Assembly (NCBI GenBank): GCA_963854365.1
Contig: CAWKZI010000001.1
Coordinates: forward strand, 1-51,260
Length of the DNA stretch: 51,260 bases
Direction: 5' to 3'
DNA from: Gammaproteobacteria bacterium
Lineage (GTDB): Bacteria; Pseudomonadota; Gammaproteobacteria; Pseudomonadales; Pseudohongiellaceae
Positions 1 through 9,613 of this stretch are shown piece by piece (position 1 is the first letter of the stretch; the number at the start of each line of letters is the position of its first letter). Under the pieces are notes generated by a model. The model made no database searches and had not been told where the DNA came from. It saw nothing but the letters and a program-made list of their open reading frames with translations. The position numbers and the translations under genes are program-made.

Positions 1-741
1 AAACAGCCAATGGTTGATAACTACGATATTTCGAGTGTGCGACTAATTAGCAGCGGTGCCGCTCCATTAGGTCAGGAGTTGGAAGCGGCTTGTGCAACGC
101 GGATGAACTCGGCCATATATCAGGGATATGGACTTACAGAAGTTAGCGGTGCTTGCCACATTACTCGCCTATCTGATGGCTTTGATAAGACCGGCGCGGT
201 AGGGCCGACGCTTCCTAATACCGAATCTAAAATAATAGATAGTGAAACTGGTGAAGACCTAGGAGTAAACCAACGTGGCGAAGTTTTGGTACGAGGCCCC
301 CATGTGATGGCTGGCTATTTAAACAACCAAGCGGCAACCGATCATTCTGTTGATGACGAAGGCTGGTTTCACACGGGCGATATTGGCTATGCCGACGAAG
401 ACGGGTACTTCTACATCGTAGATCGGGTAAAAGAGCTCATAAAATACAAAGCCTACCAGGTTGCTCCAGCCGAGTTGGAAGCTGTACTCCTTGGCCATCC
501 TGCCATCGCAGATTGCGCTGTCATACCCAGTCCAGACGAAGAAGCTGGCGAAGTACCCAAAGCGTTTGTCGTATTGAAAGAAGACACGTCTCCTGAAGAA
601 ATAATGACTTACGTGGCCGAAAAAGTTTCACCACACAAAAAAATTCGTCGCTTGGAAATAATTGATGAAATACCAAAATCAGCCGCGGGAAAAATCTTAC
701 GCAGAGTGCTGGTTGAGAGAGAACGTGAGAGTTTGGCGTAA
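1..741 (+). CDS. AMP-dependent acyl-CoA synthetase/ligase (4-coumarate-CoA-ligase-like), C-terminal fragment; 5' end lies outside the window
   Basis: The reading frame is open from base 1. It carries ANL-superfamily C-terminal motifs GWFHTGDIGY, DGYFYIVDRVKELIKYKAYQVAPAELE and the terminal catalytic-Lys block SAAGKILRR. Confidence 0.85.
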   Translation, partial: KQPMVDNYDISSVRLISSGAAPLGQELEAACATRMNSAIYQGYGLTEVSGACHITRLSDGFDKTGAVGPTLPNTESKIIDSETGEDLGVNQRGEVLVRGPHVMAGYLNNQAATDHSVDDEGWFHTGDIGYADEDGYFYIVDRVKELIKYKAYQVAPAELEAVLLGHPAIADCAVIPSPDEEAGEVPKAFVVLKEDTSPEEIMTYVAEKVSPHKKIRRLEIIDEIPKSAAGKILRRVLVERERESLA

Positions 742-959
742 ATAACTGTAGCTAGCTGCAACTACTTTTATCAATTGGAAACGCAGAAATAGCATGTCAA
801 TCCAGTCTGTGAAGTTGAGGAGGAGGTATAAACAAACTACCTAGGTCAACATCATTAAGTGAAATTGGCTTCTACTTTGAGCTTCTTTATCGGAAAGTAG
901 CGAGACGCTGGAAAAAGTCGTAACCTTGGTTTTCGATAAACTCTACAACAGGTTCCATT

Positions 960-2558
960 ATGAAATTTGGCCATTTGCTACCCTCGTTACTAATTGCCCT
1001 ATTTAGCACTAGCATTATCGCTCAAAATACGAGCCAGTTTAGTGGCCTAAAGGCCGATGCAGCCGAGTCAGTTGATTCCATGTCCAAAATGACTCAGGAG
1101 ATTGTAGATACGCTCTTTTCATACTCGGAGCTCGGCTTTCAGGAATTTGAGACACAACGATACTTAACCGACATCCTTGCAGAAAACGGCTTCGATATTG
1201 AATTGGGTGTGTCAAACATACCTTCGTCGTGGTGGGCCAGTTGGGGCAGCGGTGAACCTGTTATCGCTCTAGGCTCAGATGTCGATGGCATCCCTCGCGC
1301 CTCTCAAATGCCAGGTGTTGCCTACAGACTGCCCATGATAGATGGCGCGCCGGGTCATGGCGAAGGTCACAACTCAGGTCAGGCAGTAAATATTGTTGCA
1401 GCACTTGCTGTAAAAGAGATCATGGAACGAAATGGCTTACCCGGAACAATCATATTGTGGCCTGGTATAGCAGAAGAATTACTGGCAACGAAGGCTTGGT
1501 ATGCTAGAGATGGGTTATTCAATGGTGTCGATGCAGTTCTATTTACCCACGTATCTAACAATCTAAGCGTGTCTTGGGGGGATGCCCGCGGCACTGGTCT
1601 TGTGTCTGTGGAATATCTTTTTGATGGCGTAGCCGCTCATGGCGCCGGCGACCCCTGGAAAGGACGCAGCGCGCTGGATGCCGTTGAAATCATGAATGTC
1701 GGCTGGAATTTCCGCCGTGAACACTTGCACCCTCTACAAAGATCACACTACGTAATTAGCAATGGAGGCGACCAACCCAATGTTGTGCCCTCCTATGCCA
1801 GTGTTTGGTATTTCATTCGAGAAATAACTGCAGAAAACATTCGTAATAATTTTGCAACACTACAAAGAATTGCCGAAGGTGCTGCGATCATGACTGATAC
1901 CAGCGTTAGCCGACGGATTGTCGGCGCAGCATGGCCGCGGCATTTCAATCAGCCTATCGCCATTGCTATGAACGAAAACATAAAAGCCGTTGGACTGCCT
2001 ACTTGGTCTGAAGACGATCAGCGATTTGCGAAGGCCTTACAAACTTTGATGGGATCAGAAGACCCGCAAGGCCTGGCAACTGATTTGTCAGGAATCGGCG
2101 AACCTCCTGAAAGCCCAATTTCTGGTGGCTCAGATGACATTGGCGATATTTCCTGGAGCGTGCCAACGGTAACTCTTCGATACCCTGCTAATGTGAGAGG
2201 ACTGCAAGGCCATCATTGGTCCAGTGCCATGGCAATGGCTACTCCTATAGCGCATAAGGGTGCTACAGCGGGAGCCAAGGTGGTTGCTGCTACCATGTTA
2301 GATCTCGTAACAGACCAAACTCTAGTTGAAGATGCCCATGATTATTTTAAGGAGGTGCAAACTGCCGACGTGCAGTACGAGCCATTTATCGGGCCAGATG
2401 ATGCACCCGCTATCGAGAAAAACGCTGAGATCATGGCACAGTTTAAACCATTACTGGAAGAGCTGTATTATGATCCCTCCCGTTACGAAACTTACCTCGA
2501 TCAATTAGGAATTGAATATCCGCAGCTGGAACCTAATCTTATTCAGCGAAATAATTAG
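960..2558 (+). CDS. Exported M20-family amidohydrolase (AbgB-like aminoacylase/peptidase)
   Basis: 532-aa ORF with an N-terminal signal peptide (LLIALFSTSIIAQ). The metal-binding block GAPGHGEGHNSGQ and the overall length are typical of AbgB-type M20 enzymes, as recalled from memory. Confidence 0.7.
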   Translation: MKFGHLLPSLLIALFSTSIIAQNTSQFSGLKADAAESVDSMSKMTQEIVDTLFSYSELGFQEFETQRYLTDILAENGFDIELGVSNIPSSWWASWGSGEPVIALGSDVDGIPRASQMPGVAYRLPMIDGAPGHGEGHNSGQAVNIVAALAVKEIMERNGLPGTIILWPGIAEELLATKAWYARDGLFNGVDAVLFTHVSNNLSVSWGDARGTGLVSVEYLFDGVAAHGAGDPWKGRSALDAVEIMNVGWNFRREHLHPLQRSHYVISNGGDQPNVVPSYASVWYFIREITAENIRNNFATLQRIAEGAAIMTDTSVSRRIVGAAWPRHFNQPIAIAMNENIKAVGLPTWSEDDQRFAKALQTLMGSEDPQGLATDLSGIGEPPESPISGGSDDIGDISWSVPTVTLRYPANVRGLQGHHWSSAMAMATPIAHKGATAGAKVVAATMLDLVTDQTLVEDAHDYFKEVQTADVQYEPFIGPDDAPAIEKNAEIMAQFKPLLEELYYDPSRYETYLDQLGIEYPQLEPNLIQRNN

Positions 2559-2629
2559 GCTGCCCTTTCAGGTCAGAAGAATGACAGCTTCTGCCACTAT
2601 AAAACATATATCGAGAAAATCTATATTTC

Positions 2630-3268
2630 ATGAATTTAACGCGCTCAAGTTGTTGCTTCCTCTTACTTCTAACAAATCTAGTAGTCGCTCAATCTAATTT
2701 TGAACCAGCGACCATAAGCGATCGCCTCGAGCAAGAAAAAATCTTAAATCAAGTCCGAGAAGAAACTGCAGGCCGTCCTAATATAATAGCTAACACTATA
2801 TCTCCAGAAGAAATTGATCGCGCTGTATTAAATAAATTAATGGAAGAAATTGCCAGTCGACCTGCAGTTGCTAAACGCAGATTAAATGTTAGTAATAATC
2901 AGCTACAAGACATATTTATAATAATTTCCAACGCGAGAAGCTTTATTAATGGGGATAAAATGGCTGCAATTCGATCAATGTGCGAGGCCTGGAAAAGCTC
3001 CTCACTAGATGATGAAGAAAAAGTTGCAGAAGCATTGAACGCATATGAACGTCGCGAACAATTTACCAGAAATTTTATTGCCAAATATTATGCAGTGGTC
3101 CTAAGCGATATCGAAACTAATTTAAGTGATCCTGCAAAAATTTCATTTACTGCCTATATGGACGATCGTAGAAGGCGAATGACAAATGCCGGAGTCACAA
3201 CATTTAGTTCCATGATTCAAAATATATCCAATGGAAGCGACTCCATTGATTTTTATTGTCGTGGTTAG
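2630..3268 (+). CDS. Hypothetical secreted protein
   Basis: 212-aa ORF with a signal-peptide-like N-terminus (CCFLLLLTNLVVAQS). The rest is predicted helical and charged. No family recognised. Confidence 0.45.
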   Translation: MNLTRSSCCFLLLLTNLVVAQSNFEPATISDRLEQEKILNQVREETAGRPNIIANTISPEEIDRAVLNKLMEEIASRPAVAKRRLNVSNNQLQDIFIIISNARSFINGDKMAAIRSMCEAWKSSSLDDEEKVAEALNAYERREQFTRNFIAKYYAVVLSDIETNLSDPAKISFTAYMDDRRRRMTNAGVTTFSSMIQNISNGSDSIDFYCRG

Positions 3269-4164
3269 TTACTGCTATTTTTAAGTTAAAGTTGGAGAAA
3301 TTTCTTTTGAATTATAAGTGTTTCGAAGTAAATATTGAGAATAACATTGCCCATATTGTTTTGAATCGTCCAGAGAAACGCAACAGTATGATTCATGAAT
3401 TTTGGGATGAATTGCCGTTTATCGTCAAAGAAATCGACAATAACTCTCAAGCAAGGGTCATTGTAATATCTTCTACTGGCCCACATTTTACTGCTGGTTT
3501 GGATTTGTCAGTTTTTGGTAGTAGCATCAAAACCAGTTCGGATACTGATACCCAAGAGAAACTTCAACGTCAGGAAGGTGCAAGGTTTTTTGACACGGTA
3601 AAGTACATGCAAGAAACTTTCTCCTGCCTCGATAACTGCCGCTTACCTGTATTGGCAGCGATTCAAGGTGGCGCCTTTGGTGGCGGAGTTGACTTAATCA
3701 CCGCTTGTGATATGCGCTATATGACCGCTGACGGATTTATTACTATTTATGAAATTAATATTGGCATGACTGCTGATGTTGGCACTTTCCCCCGCATCAC
3801 TAAATTAATTCCTGAAGGAGTAGTCAAAGAACTTGCCTATACTGGTCGTCGTCTGACTGCAGCTGAAGCCTTAACTCATGGGCTAATCAATGAGATTTAT
3901 CCCGACCATGAAACCATGCTCAAGGGCGTTATGAATACTGCCGCCCAAATAGCGTCAAAAGCTCCTCTCGCCGTCTATGGAAGCAAAAGAATAATTAATT
4001 ACGCCAGAGACCACTCCACAAGTGACACCCTGGATTACATTGGAATCTGGAATGCCAGCATGCTGCAAAGCGGAGAGATCAAAGAAGCGATTACAGCGGC
4101 AGCAGAAAAACGTGAAGGAGATTTTGCTGACTTACCGATCAATAGAACTAAGCTGGCAAACTAG
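3256..4164 (+). CDS. Enoyl-CoA hydratase/isomerase family protein (ECH1-like dienoyl-CoA isomerase)
   Basis: Crotonase motifs VLNRPEKRNSM and the oxyanion-hole block GGAFGGGVDLITACDMRY, plus a C-terminal RDHS...WN pattern. The ATG at 3256 overlaps the upstream ORF. An in-frame TTG at 3307 preceded by GGAGA (3292..3296) is a plausible alternative start. Confidence 0.85.
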   Translation: MSWLVTAIFKLKLEKFLLNYKCFEVNIENNIAHIVLNRPEKRNSMIHEFWDELPFIVKEIDNNSQARVIVISSTGPHFTAGLDLSVFGSSIKTSSDTDTQEKLQRQEGARFFDTVKYMQETFSCLDNCRLPVLAAIQGGAFGGGVDLITACDMRYMTADGFITIYEINIGMTADVGTFPRITKLIPEGVVKELAYTGRRLTAAEALTHGLINEIYPDHETMLKGVMNTAAQIASKAPLAVYGSKRIINYARDHSTSDTLDYIGIWNASMLQSGEIKEAITAAAEKREGDFADLPINRTKLAN

Positions 4165-4310
4165 TTCTTTTGCTGCTAAAGACAAAAGACTAAAAACAGA
4201 AAGTTAAAATAACGATTCCATAGAATCTTCCTACTATGTGCATATGGACTTTTGCTGGCGGCACTAATATTCTTAGCCATTGTCCTGAAACACTAATAAA
4301 AGAGCAACTA

Positions 4311-5381
4311 ATGAAAAGTTCAAAAAAATCCATAAGTCCTTGTTTCTTTTGTCTATTAATATTCTTGCTAAGTATTCCCTCTCTCTCGGTGAATGCTCAA
4401 CAACCTGATTTGGGGAACGTGAAAGTAACTCGTCTGCTAGATCGCACTTTAATTGGTCCCGACATTCACCCTAGTGTGGGCATCAACATTCAAGGCCCAT
4501 CAATGATCAAAGTACCTGAATGGGTACCTAATCGCCTCGGCAATTATTATCTTTACTTCGCTGACCACAAAGGTCTTTATATTCGCCTTGCCTATGCTGA
4601 TAGCATCATTGGCCCATGGCAGATTCATGAATCTGGCTCAATGAAAATTGAAGATTCGTTCTTCGCTACCGCTCGTCCACCAATTGCTGAAGAACGACTT
4701 GCCGAATTAGTGGCGAGCAGAGTGGCCAGTGGAGTCAAAATGTCTCATGATTATGCGCTAGAACTAACTGAACCACATATCGCCTCACCCGATGTCCATG
4801 TGGATGAGGAAAGCCGACACATTATTATGTACTTTCACGGTTTAGAGGCAGCAGCGCAACAACACTCTCGTGTGGCAACTTCCCCAGATGGAATCAATTT
4901 TACAACGCTGCCGGAAAATATTGGCAGAACCTATGTCCGAGCTTTTAAACACGCCGGAATGACATACACCATTGCAATGCCCGGTCAATTTTACCGATCT
5001 GCTAACGGGCTAACAGATTTTGAGACCGGCCCCTTACTATTCGAATCCACAATGCGTCATTCGGCAGTCATTATCCGTGGGAATTACCTCTATGTATTTT
5101 GGACTAGAGTCGGCGATGCTCCAGAGACTATAATGCTTTCCACTATTGAATTAACCGACGATTGGAATGATTGGCAAGAAAGCCCTGAAGTCGAAGTTCT
5201 GCGCGCAGAATACGATTGGGAAGGGGCTGATGCTCCCATCGAACCGTCAGTGCGATCAACCGCCTATGGCCAAGTAAACCAATTACGCGATCCTTCGCTG
5301 TACGTTGAAGATGGAGAGGTTTATCTACTCTATGCGGTAGCAGGCGAAAGTGGTATAGCGTTAGCTCGAGTAGACTTTTAG
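4311..5381 (+). CDS. Hypothetical exported protein, possibly a beta-propeller (GH43/32-like) fold
   Basis: The internal ATG at 4311 gives a classical signal peptide (MKSSKKSISPCFFCLLIFLLSIPSLSVNAQ), whereas the ORF-track start at 4236 does not. Blocks such as GPSMIKVPEW...YYLYFADHKG...GPWQ loosely recall propeller glycosidases. The family call is weak. Confidence 0.45.
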   Translation: MKSSKKSISPCFFCLLIFLLSIPSLSVNAQQPDLGNVKVTRLLDRTLIGPDIHPSVGINIQGPSMIKVPEWVPNRLGNYYLYFADHKGLYIRLAYADSIIGPWQIHESGSMKIEDSFFATARPPIAEERLAELVASRVASGVKMSHDYALELTEPHIASPDVHVDEESRHIIMYFHGLEAAAQQHSRVATSPDGINFTTLPENIGRTYVRAFKHAGMTYTIAMPGQFYRSANGLTDFETGPLLFESTMRHSAVIIRGNYLYVFWTRVGDAPETIMLSTIELTDDWNDWQESPEVEVLRAEYDWEGADAPIEPSVRSTAYGQVNQLRDPSLYVEDGEVYLLYAVAGESGIALARVDF

Positions 5382-5390
5382 GAGAGCAGC

Positions 5391-6257
5391 ATGAAATCAA
5401 TTCGTAACATAGTCGTTGTCTTACTATTTGCCAGCAGTATTGTTCTCGCTGGAAATCAGGGAAGTGTTAATTGGGGTGGCATGCCTCTTTTTATGATTTG
5501 TGCCAGCGTTGGTTTTATATTGCATTGGCTAGTTTTCATTCCGGCCTATATTTATCAAACCGAACACTACTTTGATCTTACTGGCTCCCTATCTTATATC
5601 GCAGCTCTAATAGCTGCAGTCAGTCTACACCCCAGTCTCGATGCCCGCGGCTTGGTTCTAAGTATGATGATAGCTATCTGGGCAATTCGGCTGGGTAGCT
5701 TTCTTTTCATGAGAGTGAAAAAAGCGGGTCAAGATAGCCGATTCTTAATAATGAAAACAATTTTTCTACGCTACCTTTTTACTTGGACCTTAGGCGGTTG
5801 CTGGGTATTCGTCACCATGGCAGCAGGCTTAGCTGCCATAACCTCAACGACCCAAGCTGGGATCGACGCTTTTTTAATTATTGGTTGTAGTTTATGGGCC
5901 TTCGGCTTCGGATTTGAAGTGATTGCCGATAGGCAAAAAACAACTTTTCGAAAAAATAGTGAAAATAGTAATAGTTTTATAACAGCTGGTTTATGGTCTA
6001 TAACGCGACATCCTAATTATTTTGGAGAAATTATTCTCTGGGTAGGAATTACAGTTGCTGCTTTTCCCGCGCTATCAGGCTGGCAGCTTATAACTTTGAT
6101 ATCGCCTATCTTCGTAACTTTATTATTAATTAAAGTTAGTGGCGTCAGACTATTAGAAGCAAGTGGACAGGAGCGCTGGGGATCTGATCCCGAGTATCAA
6201 AGTTACTTGGCAAATACCCCAGTTTTGGTACCCTTTTTGGGTCGCACTGCTAAATAA
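5391..6257 (+). CDS. DUF1295 / steroid-5-alpha-reductase-like integral membrane protein
   Basis: Multi-pass hydrophobic protein with the characteristic ITRHPNYFGEIILWVG motif. It starts 10 nt after the upstream gene. Confidence 0.75.
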   Translation: MKSIRNIVVVLLFASSIVLAGNQGSVNWGGMPLFMICASVGFILHWLVFIPAYIYQTEHYFDLTGSLSYIAALIAAVSLHPSLDARGLVLSMMIAIWAIRLGSFLFMRVKKAGQDSRFLIMKTIFLRYLFTWTLGGCWVFVTMAAGLAAITSTTQAGIDAFLIIGCSLWAFGFGFEVIADRQKTTFRKNSENSNSFITAGLWSITRHPNYFGEIILWVGITVAAFPALSGWQLITLISPIFVTLLLIKVSGVRLLEASGQERWGSDPEYQSYLANTPVLVPFLGRTAK

Positions 6258-6280
6258 ATTACCTTTTTGAAAAGGATAAT

Positions 6281-7867
6281 ATGGATATGCCTAAATCAAA
6301 ATTCGCAAAATTCTTACTTTTCATTAGCCTAATTGGCGCAAGCTCACTAGCCAATGCGCAAAGCAACCTACGTAGCGCCTGCGCCCAACTTACTAATTTA
6401 ATATTAGAGGATACAACAATCTCAGTTGCCCAAGTGGTAAAAGCGAATTCATTTCGCACACCGGGCTTGAATAGCTCCATTGCCCTGCCAGAGTTCTGCC
6501 GCGTTATTGGAGTATCTTCTCCAGCAATAAATTTCGAAGTTTGGCTACCCATGGCAGAGTGGAATGGCAAATACCAAGGTGTTGGTAACGGCGGAATGGC
6601 TGGAACTATAAGCTATGGTGCTATGGCTGCTGCCGTGCGTCGTGGTTATGCCACTGCAAGCACGGATACCGGTCACAAGGCTGGGCCGATTCCTTTTGAC
6701 GCATCCTGGGCCTCGGGCAGACAAGATCTAATAGAAGATTTCGGACACCGCTCTCTGCACCTTACAACTGTGAACGCCAAACAAGTAACAGAAGCTTTCT
6801 ATCGCTCTCCTCCTAACCACTCCTATTACGTCGGCTGCTCCAAAGGCGGCCAACAAGGTCTGATGGAAGCACAGCGATATCCTGATGATTTCGATGGTAT
6901 TATAGCTGGCGATCCAGCCAATGATTGGACGCGGTTCTATGCTGGCGCCCACCTATGGTATTCCCAAGCGATGCTAAGCGATGAAGAAGCATGGATTCAA
7001 CCGGCTAAGCTAACGGCGCTGGGCAATGCGGTGAATAATGCCTGTGACGCCATTGATGGCATAGAAGATGGCATCCTGCAAAACCCTTTAGCTTGTAAAT
7101 TTGAGCCTGCCACACTTACTTGCCCTGCTGGCATCGATAACAATTCCTGTTTAACACCTAAACAAGTTTCCGCAGTTGAGAAGATTTGGTCAGGAGTAAA
7201 AGATTTTTCTGGCGAAGTAATTTATCCCGGCCTGGTTCCAGGCGGAGAAGCCGCTAGAGGCGGCTGGTCTACCTGGGTGACAGGAGCTGAGCCCTATAAG
7301 TCACTGCACTGGCGTGGTGGGGAAGGCTTCTTTCGCTGGTTTGTCTTTAATGATCCTGAATGGAATTTCCGCGACTTCGATTTTAACAATGACCTCGCCT
7401 ACGCCTTGGAAAAGGTTGGACCTGCTGTGGATTCTGACAACCCAGACCTGCGCGCGCTTCGAGATAAAGGTAGCAAATTGATTGTTTATCATGGCTGGAG
7501 TGATCCAGATATCTCTCCTGTTGCATCTATCAACTATTTTGAAGAAGTAGTTGATATTATCGCCGATGATATTCAGGCGCCTAACTATCAAGCAGCACTT
7601 GATTCCACACAAGATTTTTATCGGTTATTCATGGTCCCAGGCATGGCTCATTGTAGCGGCGGCCCTGGGCCTGATAGTTTTGATGCACTATCTGCCTTGG
7701 AAGATTGGGTGGAGCGTGACATCGCTCCAGAATCGATTGTGGCTTCAAAAGTAATTGATGGTGAAACTGTGCGAACTCGACCTTTATGCGTCCATCCCGC
7801 CGAGGCGATTTACAATGGCAGCGGCAGCACTGATGTGGCAGAAAACTTTAGTTGTCGAGTCCCATAG
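6281..7867 (+). CDS. Secreted tannase/feruloyl-esterase family alpha/beta hydrolase
   Basis: Signal peptide (LLFISLIGASSLANAQ). Nucleophile block YYVGCSKGGQQGLMEAQRYPDDFDGIIAGDPA is typical of the tannase/feruloyl esterase family, and PGMAHCSGG lies near the C-terminus. Confidence 0.85.
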   Translation: MDMPKSKFAKFLLFISLIGASSLANAQSNLRSACAQLTNLILEDTTISVAQVVKANSFRTPGLNSSIALPEFCRVIGVSSPAINFEVWLPMAEWNGKYQGVGNGGMAGTISYGAMAAAVRRGYATASTDTGHKAGPIPFDASWASGRQDLIEDFGHRSLHLTTVNAKQVTEAFYRSPPNHSYYVGCSKGGQQGLMEAQRYPDDFDGIIAGDPANDWTRFYAGAHLWYSQAMLSDEEAWIQPAKLTALGNAVNNACDAIDGIEDGILQNPLACKFEPATLTCPAGIDNNSCLTPKQVSAVEKIWSGVKDFSGEVIYPGLVPGGEAARGGWSTWVTGAEPYKSLHWRGGEGFFRWFVFNDPEWNFRDFDFNNDLAYALEKVGPAVDSDNPDLRALRDKGSKLIVYHGWSDPDISPVASINYFEEVVDIIADDIQAPNYQAALDSTQDFYRLFMVPGMAHCSGGPGPDSFDALSALEDWVERDIAPESIVASKVIDGETVRTRPLCVHPAEAIYNGSGSTDVAENFSCRVP

Positions 7868-7929
7868 CAAACCCTGCTTAACAGTGCTGCGATCGCGGAA
7901 CTGCACCATCAATAAACTCAAATCGCTCG

Positions 7930-7953
7930 GGTCCTTGTAAATCGACAAGGACC
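7930..7953 (+). terminator. Hairpin downstream of the tannase-like gene (possible terminator)
   Basis: GGTCCTTG-taaatcga-CAAGGACC forms a perfect 8-bp stem with an 8-nt loop, 63 nt after the stop codon. No T-run follows, so it is weak as an intrinsic terminator. Confidence 0.3.
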
Positions 7954-8037
7954 TGCCCTCATGCGGCGCGCAAAACCTCTGAACTTGCACCTACACTTCG
8001 ATTAATTTACCTTTATCGCCCCAATACGGAGAAGCAG

Positions 8038-9597
8038 ATGTCCTGGCAAAAAGAAATAGATGAATTGAGACACAGAGAAGAGCTAGCCAAAAGGATGGGC
8101 GGCGAAGAGCGAATTCAACGGCAGCACGATAATGGCAGATTAACAGTACGCGAGCGCGTCGAGTTATTGGTGGACAAGGATTCATTCCATGAAATTGGAG
8201 CACTCGCTGGAAAAGCAATTTATAACGACGATGGCAAGTTAACTGATTTCACTCCTTCTAATTTTGTTTTAGGCACTGCAGACTTGAACGGACGTCGAGT
8301 AGTTATCGGTGGAGATGACTTCACTGTTAGAGGTGGCGCCGCTGATGCCAAAGTTGGTAACAAATCAGGCTATGGAGAAAAATATGCACTAGAAATGCGC
8401 TTACCCTTGGTACGACTAGTTGATGGTAGCGGCGGCGGTGGCAGCGTTAAAACTCTTGAGATGGTTGGCCACTCCTACATACCCGCATTGAAAGGAATCG
8501 AAACCACGATGCAACTCATGGGACATGTTCCCGTTGTCTGCGCCTGCATGGGGTCAGTTGCTGGATTAGGGGCTGTTCGAGTCACGATTTCACATTTCTC
8601 ATTAATGATAAAAGAAACCAGTCAATTGTTTGTTGCAGGGCCACCAGTAGTCGAGCGGGGCTTCGGCAAACCAGTTAGCAAAAATGATTTAGGAGGCTCA
8701 CAAATTCATGCGAATGGCAGCGGAGCTGTAGACAACGAGGTTGATACAGAAGAAGAAGCTTTCGTCACAATTAAAAAATTCCTTTCTTATCTTCCGCAAA
8801 ATGTTTGGCAAGTGTCTCCTAGGATTAAAACTGACGATCCTATAGATCGCAGAGATGAATCTTTACTCTCCGTCATTCCTAGAGACCGCCGTCAAATGTT
8901 TCAAGTACGCGAGGTTATTCATTCAGTCGTCGACAAAGATTCATTTTTTGAGATCAGCCCTAATTATGGTGAAGCCTTAGTTGTTGGTCTAGCTAGATTA
9001 GATGGTTACTCGGTAGGGGTAATGGCTAATGATACCTATCATCATGGTGGTGCAGTTAACGCTAGCGCTTCAGAAAAGATGATGCGCTTTGTCGATCTTT
9101 GCGACACTTTCCACATCCCTGTACTCAACCTAGTCGACAACCCGGGTTTTCTTATCGGCACAAAAGCCGAAGAAGAAGGTACCGTGCGCTTAGGGAGTCG
9201 CGCGCTTATGGCAATCTACCAATCTTCAATTCCTTGGCTTGCGGTAATTATTAGACGCTGCTATGGAGTCGCCGGTGGCGGCCATGGCAAATCTGATGGC
9301 CTTAATCTTCGCTACGCCTGGCCATCCGCAGATTGGGGCTCTCTACCAATTGAAGGGGGCGTTCAAGCAGCTTATAAGCGCGATATCGAAGCAGCTTCTG
9401 ATCCAGATGCTCGTCGCCGGGAACTCGAGGGCATGCTCGAAAAATATCGCTCCCCTTTAAGAACCGCCGAAGCTTTTGGTGTTGAAGAAGTTATAGATCC
9501 GCGAGACACACGCCCCCTTCTGTGTGACTGGATCAAACTCGCCTATGAAATTATTCCGACACAGTTGGGTCCCAAATTTCGGTCGACTCGGCCATAA
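8038..9597 (+). CDS. Acyl-CoA carboxylase carboxyltransferase (beta) subunit
   Basis: 519 aa. The N-terminus MSWQKEIDELRHREELAKRMGGEERIQRQHDNGRLTVRERVELLVD is typical of propionyl-/acyl-CoA carboxylase beta chains, and both carboxyltransferase halves are present. No biotin carboxylase gene lies nearby. Confidence 0.85.
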   Translation: MSWQKEIDELRHREELAKRMGGEERIQRQHDNGRLTVRERVELLVDKDSFHEIGALAGKAIYNDDGKLTDFTPSNFVLGTADLNGRRVVIGGDDFTVRGGAADAKVGNKSGYGEKYALEMRLPLVRLVDGSGGGGSVKTLEMVGHSYIPALKGIETTMQLMGHVPVVCACMGSVAGLGAVRVTISHFSLMIKETSQLFVAGPPVVERGFGKPVSKNDLGGSQIHANGSGAVDNEVDTEEEAFVTIKKFLSYLPQNVWQVSPRIKTDDPIDRRDESLLSVIPRDRRQMFQVREVIHSVVDKDSFFEISPNYGEALVVGLARLDGYSVGVMANDTYHHGGAVNASASEKMMRFVDLCDTFHIPVLNLVDNPGFLIGTKAEEEGTVRLGSRALMAIYQSSIPWLAVIIRRCYGVAGGGHGKSDGLNLRYAWPSADWGSLPIEGGVQAAYKRDIEAASDPDARRRELEGMLEKYRSPLRTAEAFGVEEVIDPRDTRPLLCDWIKLAYEIIPTQLGPKFRSTRP

Positions 9598-9613
9598 GAC
9601 AACTGCAAGTTTT

